Assembly: GCF_009914755.1 (NCBI RefSeq)
Contig: NC_060948.1
Length of the DNA stretch: 64,000 bases
Direction: 5' to 3' (one strand)
DNA from: the human T2T-CHM13v2.0 reference genome, Homo sapiens
Under the pieces are notes generated by a model. That model searched no databases and was not told where the DNA came from. It saw only the letters and a program-made list of their open reading frames with translations. Position numbers and translations under genes: made by a program. Below are positions 27,601 to 41,600 of this stretch, piece after piece (within the stretch, counting starts at the first letter, position 1; every line of letters begins with the position of its first letter).

Positions 27601-30600
27601 ATGGTCTGGAATGGAATGAACACGAATGTAATGCAATCCAATGGAATGGAATCGAATGGCATGGAATATAAAGAAATGGAATCGAAGAGAATGGAAACAA
27701 ATGGAATGGAATTGAATGGAATGGAATTGAATGGAATGGGAACGAATGGAGTGAAATTGTATGCAGTAGAAGAGAATAGAATGGAATGCAAGCGAAAGGA
27801 AAGGAATGGATTGGAATGGAATGGAATTCATTGGAATGGAAGGGAATGTAGTGTAATGGACAGGCCTGGAATAAAGTGGAATGCTACGGTCTCGAATGGA
27901 ATAAAAATGTATGGAATGGAATGCAATGAAACGGAATCGAATGTCATAGAATGTAATGGAATGCAAAAAAATGGACTCCAAAATCATTGACTGGAAAGGC
28001 TGGGTGTCGAAAGGAATTGACTCCAATGGAATGGAAGTGAATAGAATGGAACTAAATCGAATGGAATGGAATTGATAGGAACGGAATGGAAAGGAATGCA
28101 ATGATTTGGCATGGAATGGAATCGAATGGCATCGAATGGAATGGAATGGAATGCAATGGAATGGAATGTATTAGAATGTAATGAACTTTAATGGAATGTA
28201 CTCGAATGGATTCGACTGGAATGGAATGTTCTCGAAGTGAATGGACTCCAATGGAATGGATTCGAAAGGAATGGAATCTAATGGAATGGAATTAAATGGA
28301 AATGAATCAAATTGAATAGAACGGAATTGAATTGAATGGAATCGAATGCAATGGAATCTAATGAAACGGAAAGGAAAGGAATGGAATGGATTGGAATGGA
28401 ATGGGCTGTAATGGAATGGAATCGAAACGAATGGAATGGAATCGAACTGAAGAGACTGGAATGGAATGCACTGGAATGGAAGGGAATGTAATGGAAGGTT
28501 CTCAAAAAAATGGAATCGAAAGGAATGGAATTGAATGGAACGGAATAGAGTCGAATGGAATTCAATGGAATGGAATGGACTAGAGTGAAATGGAATCGAA
28601 CCACAAGGAATGGACAGGAATAGAATGGTCTCGAATTGAATGGAATCGTATGGAATGGCATCAAACGGAATGGAATGGACAGCCACGGAATGGAATGGAC
28701 ACCCACGGAATGGAATGCACTCGAATGCAATGGAGTCGACACTAATGGACTGGAATAGAATGGACTCGACTGGTACGGACTCCAATGGAATGGAATCGAA
28801 TGGAAGGGAATCGAACGGAATGGACTCGAAGGGAAAAGACTGCAATGGAAAGGTCTCGAATGGAATGGAAATTAATGGAATGGAATGGAATCGAATGAAA
28901 TGGAGTCAAAAGGAATGGAATCGAATGGCAAGAAATCGAATGTAATGGAATCGCAAGGAATGGATGTGAACGGAACGGAATGGAATGGAATCCAAAGGAA
29001 TGGAATAGAATGGAATGGAATCGAATGGAAAGGACTCGAATGGAAATCACTCGAATAGAATGCAATTTAATAAAATAGGATCAAATGGAATGGAATGGAA
29101 TGGAAAGGAATCGAAACGAAAGGAATGGAGACAGATGGAATGGAATGGAACAGAGAGCAATGGTATAGAATGGAATGGAATCATCTGGAATGGAATTGAA
29201 TGGAATGGAATAATATGAAATGGAATGGAATGGAATGGAATGCCCTTGAATTAAATGGACTGGAATGCAATGGACTCGAACAGAGTGGAATGGAAAGTGT
29301 TGAAATAGAATGGAATGGACTCGTTTGGAATGGTCTAGTATGCAATGCAATCGACTGGCAGGGAATCAAAAGGAATGTAATCGAATGGATTGGACTGGAA
29401 TGCAATGGACTCGAATAGATTGGAAACGGAAAGCAAAGGAATGGAATGGAATAGTATGGAATGGAATGCAAAGGAATGGAGTGGAATAGACTAGAGTGGA
29501 ATGGAATGGACTCGAAAGCAATGGACTGGAATGGAACTTTCTTGAATGGACTGGAATCAAACGGAATGGAATGCAATGCAATCAAATGGCATGGAATAAA
29601 ATAGAATGAAAGAGAATCAAATGGAATTGAATCGAATGGAATCGAATGGATTGGAAAGGAATAGAATGGAATGGAATGGAATTGACTCAAATGGAATGGA
29701 CTAGAATGGAATGGATTCGAATGGAAGGCAAAGGAATGGAATCTATTGGAATGGACTGTAATGGAATGGAATGGAAGGGATTGGAATGGACTCGAATGGA
29801 ATGGACTGCAGTAGAAAGGATTCGAATGGAATGAAAAAGAATTGAATGGAATAGAACAGAATGGAATCAAATCGAATGAAATGGAATAGAATAGAAAGGA
29901 ATGGAATGAAATGGAATGGAAAGGATTCGAATGGAATGCAATCGAATGGAATGCAATCGAATGGAATGGAATCGAACGGAATGGAATAAAATGGAAGAAA
30001 ACTGGCAAGAAATGGAATCGAAATGAATGGAGTGTTATGGAACGGACTCAAAAGGAATTGAATGTAATAGAATGGAGTGGAGTGGACTCGAATATAATGG
30101 ACTGGAATGGAATGAAATCACATGGAATGGGAACGAATGGAATGGAATGGAAAGGAATGGAATCGAATGCAAAGGAATCGAATGGAAGGGAATGAAATTG
30201 AATCAACAGGAATGGAAGGGAGTAGAATAGACGGTAATGGAATGGACTCGAATAGAATGGACACGAATGCTCAAATTGAATGGACTCGAATGGAATGGCA
30301 ACGAAAGGAATGTCATCGAATGGAATTGAATCGATTGGAATGAAATCACATAGAATGGAGTGGAATCAAATGGAATTGAATCGAAAGGAAAGGAAGCGAA
30401 TGGACTGAAATGAAATGGAATGGAATTGAATGGAAATTAATTCAATGGCATAGAATGGAACGAAATTTCACGGAATGGAATCAAACTGAATGGAATCAAA
30501 TCAATGGAATATAATCAAATGGAATGGAAAGGAATTGAATGGAGTAGATTGAATTGGATGGGATTGGAATGAAATGTACTGGAAAGGACTCGAATTTCAT

Positions 30601-32699
30601 GAAACGGAATGGAATGAATTAGAACGGAATGGACTCGAATGGAATGGAATGTCATGGAATGGCATCAAATGGAATGGGATCGAATGCGATGGAATGCTAT
30701 GGAATGGAATGGAATGCATTGGAATGGAATGTCCTCTAATGGAATGTATTCGAGTGGAATGGAATCGAATATAATGGAGTCTAATGAAATGGAATTGAAA
30801 GGAATGGGACCGAATACAATGGAATATACTGGAATGTAATGTAATGAACTCGAATGTAATTGACTGGAATGGAATGTACATGAATGGAATGTAATCGAAT
30901 GGAAAGCAATCCAATGGAATAGAATCTAATGCAATAAAATTGACTCAAATAGAGTAGAATGTAATGGAATGGAGTGCAGTGCAATGGAATGGAATGGAAT
31001 GGAATGCAATGGAATGGAATGGAATGGAATGGGATGGAATGGTATGGAATGGATAGTAATGGACTGGAGTGAAATGGACTGGAAAAGAATGGACTCAAAT
31101 TGAAAGGGCTCGAAAGGAATGGAGTCAAATGGAATGGTCTGGAATGGAATGAACACGAATGTAATGCAATCCAATGGAATGGAATCGAATGGCATGGAAT
31201 ATAAAGAAATGGAATCGAAGAGAATGGAAACAAATGGAATGGAATTGAATGGAATGGAATTGAATGGAATGGGAACGAATGGAGTGAAATTGTATGCAGT
31301 AGAAGAGAATAGAATGGAATGCAAGCGAAAGGAAAGGAATGGATTGGAATGGAATGGAATTCATTGGAATGGAAGGGAATGTAGTGTAATGGACAGGCCT
31401 GGAATAAAGTGGAATGCTACGGTCTCGAATGGAATAAAAATGTATGGAATGGAATGCAATGAAACGGAATCGAATGTCATAGAATGTAATGGAATGCAAA
31501 AAAATGGACTCCAAAATCATTGACTGGAAAGGCTGGGTGTCGAAAGGAATTGACTCCAATGGAATGGAAGTGAATAGAATGGAACTAAATCGAATGGAAT
31601 GGAATTGATAGGAACGGAATGGAAAGGAATGCAATGATTTGGCATGGAATGGAATCGAATGGCATCGAATGGAATGGAATGGAATGCAATGGAATGGAAT
31701 GTATTAGAATGTAATGAACTTTAATGGAATGTACTCGAATGGATTCGACTGGAATGGAATGTTCTCGAAGTGAATGGACTCCAATGGAATGGATTCGAAA
31801 GGAATGGAATCTAATGGAATGGAATTAAATGGAAATGAATCAAATTGAATAGAACGGAATTGAATTGAATGGAATCGAATGCAATGGAATCTAATGAAAC
31901 GGAAAGGAAAGGAATGGAATGGATTGGAATGGAATGGGCTGTAATGGAATGGAATCGAAACGAATGGAATGGAATCGAACTGAAGAGACTGGAATGGAAT
32001 GCACTGGAATGGAAGGGAATGTAATGGAAGGTTCTCAAAAAAATGGAATCGAAAGGAATGGAATTGAATGGAACGGAATAGAGTCGAATGGAATTCAATG
32101 GAATGGAATGGACTAGAGTGAAATGGAATCGAACCACAAGGAATGGACAGGAATAGAATGGTCTCGAATTGAATGGAATCGTATGGAATGGCATCAAACG
32201 GAATGGAATGGACAGCCACGGAATGGAATGGACACCCACGGAATGGAATGCACTCGAATGCAATGGAGTCGACACTAATGGACTGGAATAGAATGGACTC
32301 GACTGGTACGGACTCCAATGGAATGGAATCGAATGGAAGGGAATCGAACGGAATGGACTCGAAGGGAAAAGACTGCAATGGAAAGGTCTCCAATGGAATG
32401 GAAATTAATGGAATGGAATGGAATCGAATGAAATGGAGTCAAAAGGAATGGAATCGAATGGCAAGAAATCGAATGTAATGGAATCGCAAGGAATGGATGT
32501 GAACGGAACGGAATGGAATGGAATCCAAAGGAATGGAATAGAATGGAATGGAATCGAATGGAAAGGACTCGAATGGAAATCACTCGAATAGAATGCAATT
32601 TAATAAAATAGGATCAAATGGAATGGAATGGAATGGAAAGGAATCGAAACGAAAGGAATGGAGACAGATGGAATGGAATGGAACAGAGAGCAATGGTAT

Positions 32700-35600
32700 A
32701 GAATGGAATGGAATCATCTGGAATGGAATTGAATGGAATGGAATAATATGAAATGGAAAGGAATGGAATGGAATGCCCTTGAATTAAATGGACTGGAATG
32801 GAATGGACTCGAACAGAGTGGAATGGAAAGTGTTGAAATAGAATGGAATGGACTCGTTTGGAATGGTCTAGTATGCAATGCAATCGACTGGCAGGGAATC
32901 AAAAGGAATGTAATCGAATGGATTGGACTGGAATGCAATGGACTCGAATAGATTGGAAACGGAAAGCAAAGGAATGGAATGGAATAGTATGGAATGGAAT
33001 GGAAAGGAATGGAGTGGAATAGACTAGAGTGGAATGGAATGGACTCGAAAGCAATGGACTGGAATGGAACTTTCTTGAATGGACTGGAATCAAACGGAAT
33101 GGAATGCAATGCAATCAAATGGCATGGAATAAAATAGAATGAAAGAGAATGAAATGGAATTGAATCGAATGGAATCGAATGGATTGGAAAGGAATAGAAT
33201 GGAATGGAATGGAATTGACTCAAATGGAATGGACTAGAATGGAATGGATTCGAATGGAAGGCAAAGGAATGGAATCTATTGGAATGGACTGTAATGGAAT
33301 GGAATGGAAGGGATTGGAATGGACTCGAATGGAATGGACTGCAATAGAAAGGATTCGAATGGAATGAAAAAGAATTGAATGGAATAGAACAGAATGGAAT
33401 CAAATCGAATGAAATGGAATGGAATAGAAAGGAATGGAATGAAATGGAATGGAAAGGATTCAAATGGAATGCAATCGAATGGAATGCAATCGAATGGAAT
33501 GGAATCGAACGGAATGGAATAAAATGGAAGAAAACTGGCAAGAAATGGAGTCGAAATGAATGGAGTGTTATGGAACCGACTCAAAAGGAATTGAATGTAA
33601 TAGAATGGAGTGGAGTGGACTCGAATATAATGGACTGGAATGGAATGAAATCACATGGAATGGGAACGAATGGAATGGAATGGAAAGGAATGGAATCGAA
33701 TGGAAAGGAATCGAATGGAAGGGAATGAAATTGAATCAACAGGAATGGAAGGGAGTAGAATAGACGGTAATGGAATGGACTCGAATAGAATGGACACGAA
33801 TGCTCAAATTGAATGGACTCGAATGGAATGGAAACGAAAGGAATGTCATCGAATGGAATTGAATCGATTGGGATGAAATCACATAGAATGGAGTGGAATC
33901 AAATGGAATTGAATCGAAAGGAAAGGAAGCGAATGGACTGAAATGAAATGGAATGGAATTGAATGGAAATTAATGCAATGGAATAGAATGGAACGAAATT
34001 TCACAGAATGGAATCAAACTGAATTGAATCAAATCAATGGAATATAATCAAATGGAATGGAAAGGAATTGAATGGAGTAGATTGGATTGGATGGGATTGG
34101 AATGAAATGTACTGGAAAGGACTCGAATTTCATGAAACGGAATGGAATGAATTAGAACGGAATGGACTCGAATGGAATGGAATGTCATGGAATGGCATCA
34201 AATGGAATGGAATCGAATGCGATGGAATGCTATGGAATGGAATGGAATGCATTGGAATGGAATGTCCTCTAATGGAATGTATTCGAGTGGAATGGAATCG
34301 AATATAATGGAGTCTAATGAAATGGAATTGAAAGGAATGGGACCGAATACAATGGAATATACTGGAATGTAATGTAATGAACTCGAATGTAATTGACTGG
34401 AATGGAATGTACATGAATGGAATGTAATCGAATGGAAAGCAATCCAATGGAATAGAATCTAATGCAATAAAATCGACTCAAATAGAGTAGAATGTAATGG
34501 AATGGAGTGCAGTGCAATGGAATGGAATGGAATGGAATGCAATGGAATGGAATGGAATGGAATGGAATGGGATGGAATGGTATGGAATGGATAGTAATGG
34601 ACTGGAGTGAAATGGACTGGAAAAGAATGGACTCAAATTGAAAGGGCTCGAAAGGAATGGAGTCAAATGGAATGGTCTGGAATGGAATGAACACGAATGT
34701 AATGCAATCCAATGGAATGGAATCGAATGGCATGGAATATAAAGAAATGGAATCGAAGAGAATGGAAACAAATGGAATGGAATTGAATGGAATGGAATTG
34801 AATGGAATGGGAACGAATGGAGTGAAATTGTATGCAGTAGAAGAGAATAGAATGGAATGCAAGCGAAAGGAAAGGAATGGATTGGAATGGAATGGAATTC
34901 ATTGGAATGGAAGGGAATGTAGTGTAATGGACAGGCCTGGAATAAAGTGGAATGCTACGGTCTCGAATGGAATAAAAATGTATGGAATGGAATGCAATGA
35001 AACGGAATCGAATGTCATAGAATGTAATGGAATGCAAAAAAATGGACTCTAAAATCATTGACTGGAAAGGCTGGGTGTCGAAAGGAATTGACTCCAATGG
35101 AATGGAATCGAATGGAATGGAAGTGAATAGAATCGAACTAAATCGAATGGAATGGAATTGATAGAAACGGAATGGAAAGGAATGCAATGATTTGGCATGG
35201 AATGGAATCGAATGGCATCGAATGGAATGGAATGGAATGCAATGGAATGGAATGTATTAGAATGTAATGAACTTTAATGGAATGTACTCGAATGGATTCG
35301 ACTGGAATGGAATGTTCTCGAAGTGAATGGACTCCAATGGAATGGATTCGAAAGGAATGGAATCTAATGGAATGGAATTAAATGGAAATGAATCAAATTG
35401 AATAGAACGGAATTGAATTGAATGGAATCGAATGCAATGGAATCTAATGAAACGGAAAGGAAAGGAATGGAATGGATTGGAATGGAATGGGCTGGAATGG
35501 AATGGAATCGAAACGAATGGAATGGAATCGAACTGAAGAGATTGGAATGGAATGCACTGGAATGGAAGGGAATGTAATGGAAGGTTCTCGAAAAAAATGG

Positions 35601-38600
35601 AATCGAAAGGAATGGAATTGAATGGAACGGAATAGAGTCGAATGGAATTCAATGGAATGGAATGGACTAGAGTGAAATGGAATCGAACCACAAGGAATGG
35701 ACAGGAATAGAATGGTCTCGAATTGAATGGAATCGTATGGAATGGCATCAAACGGAATGGAATGGACAGCCACGGAATGGAATGGACACCCACGGAATGG
35801 AATGCACTCGAATGCAATGGAGTCGACACTAATGGACTGAATAGAATGGACTCGACTGGTACGGACTCCAATGGAATGGAATCGAATGGAAGGGAATGGA
35901 ACGGAATGCACTCGAAGGGAAAAGACTGCAATGGAAAGGTCTCGAATGGAATGGAAATTATTGGAATGGAATGGAATCGAATGAAATTGAGTCAAAAGGA
36001 ATGGAATCGAATGGCAAGAAATCGAATGTAATGGAATCGCAAGGAATTGATGTGAACGGAACGGAATCGAATGGAATCCAAAGGAATGGAATAGAATGGA
36101 ATGGAATCGAATGGAAAGGACTCGAATGGAAATCACTCGAATAGAATGCAATTTAATAAAATAGGATCAAATGTAATGGAATGGAATGGAAAGGAATCGA
36201 AACGAAAGGAATGGAGACAGATGGAATGGAATGGAACAGAGAGCAATGGTATAGAATGGAATGGAATCATCTGGAATGGAATTGAATGGAATGGAATAAT
36301 ATGAAATGGAATGGAATGGAATGGAATGCCCTTGAATTAAATGGACTGGAATGGAATGGACTCAAACAGAGTGGAATGGAAAGTGTTGAAATAGAATGGA
36401 ATGGACTCGTTTGGAATGGTCTAGTATGCAATGCAATCGACTGGCAGGGAATCAAGAGGAATGTAATCGAATGGATTGGACTGGAATGCAATGGACTCGA
36501 ATAGATTGGACACGGAATGCAAAGGAATGGAATGGAATAGTATGGAATGGAATGGAAAGGAATGGAGTGGAATAGACTAGAGTGGAATGGAATGGACTCG
36601 AAAGCAATGGACTGGAATGGAACTTTCTTGAATGGACTGGAATCAAACGGAATGGAATGCAATGCAATCAAATGGCATGGAATAAAATAGAATGAAAGAG
36701 AATCAAATGGAATTGAATCGAATGGAATCGAATGGATTGGAAAGGAATAGAATGGAATGGAATGGAATTGACTCAAATGGAATGGACTAGAATGGAATGG
36801 ATTCGAATGGAAGGCAAAGGAATGGAATCTATTGGAATGGACTGTAATGGAATGGAATGGAAGGGATTGGAATGGACTCGAATGGAATGGACTGCAATAG
36901 AAAGGATTCGAATGGAATGAAAAAGAATTGAATGGAATAGAACAGAATGGAATCAAATCGAATGAAATGGAATGGAAGAGAAAGGAATGGAATGAAATGG
37001 AATGGAAAGGATTCGAATGGAATGCAATCGAATGGAATGCAATCGAATGGAATGGAATCGAACGGAATGGAATAAAATGGAAGAAAACTGGCAAGAAATG
37101 GAATCGAAATGAATGGAGTGTTATGGAACGGACTCAAAAGGAATTGAATGTAATAGAATGGAGTGGAGTGGACTCGAATATAATGGACTGGAATGGAATG
37201 AAATCACATGGAATGGGAACGAATGGAATGGAATGGAAAGGAATGGAATGGAAAGGAATGGAATCGAATGGAAAGGAATCGAATGGAAGGGAATGAAATT
37301 GAATCAACAGGAATGGAAGGAAGTAGAATAGACGGTAATGGAATGGACTCGAATAGAATGGACACGAATGCTCAAATTGAATGGACTCGAATGGAATGGA
37401 AACGAAAGGAATGTCGTCGAATGGAATTGAATCGATTGGAATGAAATCGCATAGAATGGAGTGGAATCAAATGGAATTGAATCGAAAGGAAAGGAAGCGA
37501 ATGGTCTGAAATGAAATGGAATGGAATTGAATGGAAAGTAATGCAAGGGAATAGAATGGAACGAAATTTCACGGAATGGAATCAAACTGAATGGAATCAA
37601 ATCAATGGAATATAATCAAATGGCATGGAAAGGAATTGAATGGAGTAGATTGGATTGGATGGGATTGGAATGAAATGTACTGGAAAGGACTCGAATTTCA
37701 TGAAATGGAATGGAATGAACTGGAACGGAATGGACTCGAATGGAATGGAATGTCATGGAATGTCATCAAATGGAATGGCATCAAATGGAATGGAATCGAA
37801 TGCAATGGAATGCTATGGAATGGAATGGAATGCATTGGAATGGAATGTCCCCTAATGGAATGGATTCGAGTGGAATGGAATCGAATATAATGGAGTCGAA
37901 TGAAATGGAATTGAAAGGAAAGGGATCGAATACAATGGAATATACTGGAATGTAATGTAATGAACTCGAATGTAATTGACTAGAATGGAATGTACATGAA
38001 TGGAATGTAATCGAATGGAAAATAATCTCATGGAATAGAATCTAATGCAATAAAATCGACTCAAATAGAATAGAATGGAATGGAGTGGAGTGCAATGGAA
38101 TGGAAAGGAATGGAATGCAATGGAATGGAATGGAATGGAATGGAATGGAATGGAATGGAATGGAATGGTGTGGAATGGATAGTAATGGACTGGAGTGAAA
38201 TGGACTGGAAAGGAATGGACTCAAATTGAAAGGGCTCGAAAGGAATGGAGTCAAATGGAATGTTCTGGAATGGAATGAACACGAATGTAATGCAATCCAA
38301 TAGAATGGAATCGAATGGCATGGAATATAATGAAATGGAATCTAAGAGAATGGAAACAAATGGAATGGAATTGAATGGAATGGAATTGAATGGAATGGGA
38401 ACGAATGGAGTGAAATTGTATGCAGTAGAAGCGAATAGAATGGAATGCAAGCGAAAGGAAAGGAATGGATTGGAATGGAATGGAATTCATTGGAATGGAA
38501 GGGAATGTAGTGTAATGGACAGGCCTGGAATAAAGTGGAATGCTACTGTCTCAAATGGAATAAAAATGTATGGAATGGAATGCAATGAAACGGAATCGAA

Positions 38601-41600
38601 TGTCATAGAATGTAATGGAATGCAAAAAAATGGAATCCAAAATCATTGACTGGAAAGGCTGGGTGTCGAAAGGAATTGACTCCAATGGAATGGAATCGAA
38701 TGGAATGGAAGTGAATAGAATGGAACTAAATCGAATGGAATGGAATTGATAGGAACGGAATGGAAAGGAATGCAATGATTTGGCATGGAATGGAATCGAA
38801 TGGCATCGAATGGAATGGAATGGAATGCAATGGAATGGAATGTATTAGAATCTAATGAACTTTAATGGAATGTACTCGAATGGATTCGACTGGAATGGAA
38901 TGTTCTGGAAGTGAATGGACTCCAATGGAATGGATTCAAAAGGAATGGAGTCGTACGGAATGGAATCTAATGGAGTGGAATTAAATGGAAATGAATCAAA
39001 TTGAATAGAACGGAATTGAATTGAATGGAATCGAATGCAATGGAATCTAATGAAACGGAAAGGAAAGGAATGGAATGGAATGGAATGGGCTGGAATGGAA
39101 AGGAATCGAAACGAATGGAATGGAATCGAACTGAAGAGACTGGAATGGAATGCACTGGAATGGAAGGGAGTGTAATGGAAGGTTCTCGAAAAAAATGGAA
39201 TCGAATGGAATGGAATTGAGTGGAACGGAATAGAGTCGAATGGAATTGAATGGAATGGAATGGACTAGAGTGAAATGGAATCGAACCACAAGGAATGGAC
39301 AGGAATAGAATGGTCTCGAATTGAATGGAATCGTATGGAATGGCATCAAACGGAATGGAATGGACAGCCACGGAATGGAATGCACTCGAATGCAATGGAG
39401 TCGAAACTAATGGACTGGAATAGAATGGACTCGACTGGTACGGACTCCAATGGAATGGAATCGAATGGAAGGGAATCGAACGGAATGGACTCGAAGGGAA
39501 AAGACTGCAATGGAAAGGTCTCGAATGGAATGGAAATTAATGGAATGGAACGGAATCGAATGAAATGGAGTCAAAAGGAATGTAATCGAATGGCAAGAAA
39601 TCGAATGCAATGGAATCGCAAGGAATTGATGTGAACGGAACGGAATGGAATGGAATCCAAAGGAATGGAATAGAATGGAATGGAATCGAATGGAAAGGAC
39701 TCGAATGGAAATCACTCGAATAGAATGCAATTTAATAAAATAGGATCAAATGGAATGGAATGGAATGGAAAGGAATCGAAACGAAAGGAATGGAGACAGA
39801 TGGAATGGAATGGAACAGAGAGCAATGGTATAGAATGGAATGGAATCATCTGGAATGGAATTGAATGGAATGGAATAACATGAAATGGAATGGAATGGAA
39901 TGGAATGCCCTTGAATTAAATGGACTGGAATGGAATGGACTCGAACAGAGTGTAATGGAAAGTGTTGAAATAGAATGGAATGGACTCCTTTGGAATGGTC
40001 TAGTATGCAATGCAATCGACTGGCAGGGAATCAAAAGGAATGTAATCGAATGGATTGGACTGGAATGCAATGGACTCGAATAGATTGGAAACGGAATGCA
40101 AAGGAATGGAATGGAATAGTATGGAATGGAATGGAAAGGAATGGAGTGGAATAGACTAGAGTGGAATGGAATGGACTGGAAAGCAATGGACTGGAATGGA
40201 ACTTTCTTGAATGGACTGGAATCAAACGGAATGGAATGCAATGCAATCAAATGGCATGGAATCAAATGGAATGAAAGGGAATCAAATGGAATTGAATCGA
40301 ATGGAATCGAATGGATTGGAAAGGAATAGAATGGAATGGAATGGAATTGACTCAAATGGAATGGACTAGAATGGAATGGATTCGAATGGAAGGCAAAGGA
40401 ATGGAATCTATTGGAATGGACTGTAATGGAATGGAATGGAAGGGATTGGAATGGACTCGAATGGAATGGACTGCAATAGAAAGGATTCGAATGGAATGAA
40501 AAAGAATTGAATGGAATAGAACAGAATGGAATCAAATCGAATGAAATGGAATGGAATAGAAAGGAATGGAATGAAATGGAATGGAAAGGATTCGAATGGA
40601 ATGCAATCGAATGGAATGGAATCGAACGGAATGGAATAAAATGGAAGAAAACTGGCAAGAAATGGAATCGAAATGAATGGAGTGTTATGGAATGGACTCA
40701 AAAGGAATTGAATGTAATAGAATGGAGTGGAGTGGACTCGAATATAATGGACTGGAATGGAATGAAATCACATGGAATGGGAACGAATGGAATGGAATGG
40801 AAAGGAATGGAATCGAATGGAAAGGAATCGAATGGAAGGGAATGAAATTGAATCAACAGGAATGGAAGGGAATAGAATAGACGGTAATGGAATGGACTCG
40901 AATAGAATGGACACGAATGCTCAAATTGAATGTACTCGAATGGATTGGAAACGAAAGGAATGTCATCGAATGGAATTGAATCGATTGGAATGAAATCGCA
41001 TAGAATGGAGTGGAATCAAATGGAATTGAATCGAAAGGAAAGGAAGCGAATGGACTGAAATGAAATGGAATGGAATTGAATGGAAAGTAATGCAATGGAA
41101 TAGAATGGAACGAAATTTCACGGAATGGAATGAAACTGAATGGAATCAAATCAATGGAATCTAATCAAGTGGAAAGGAAAGGAATTGAATGGAGTAGATT
41201 GGATTGGATGGGATTGGAATGAAATGTACTGGAAAGGACTCGAGTTTCATGAAACGGAATGGAATGAATTGGAACGGAATGGACTCGAATGGAATGGAAT
41301 GTCATGGAATGGCATCAAATGGAATGGCATCAAATGGAATGGAATCGAATGCAATGGAATGCTATGGAATGGAATGGAATGCATTGGAATGGAATGTCCT
41401 CTAATGGAATAGATTCGAGTGGAATGGAATCGAATATAATGGAGTCGAATGAAATGGAATTGAAAGGAATGGGATCGAATACAATGGAATATACTGGAAT
41501 GTAATGTAATGAACTCGAATGTAATTGACTGGAATGGAATGTACATGAATGGAATGTAATCGAATGGAAAGTAATCCAATGGAATAGAATCTAATGCAAT

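Larger units (their letters stand above)
250..32700 (+). repeat. Homogeneous sub-array of about 9 near-identical 3533-bp DYZ1 units
   Basis: The ORF track recurs at +3533 with essentially identical translations. A private PstI site CTGCAG occurs at 1537, 5070, 8603, 12136, 15664, 19202, 22740, 26273 and 29806, and is absent from 33340 onward. Only a few isolated variants per unit are visible. Confidence 0.9.
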
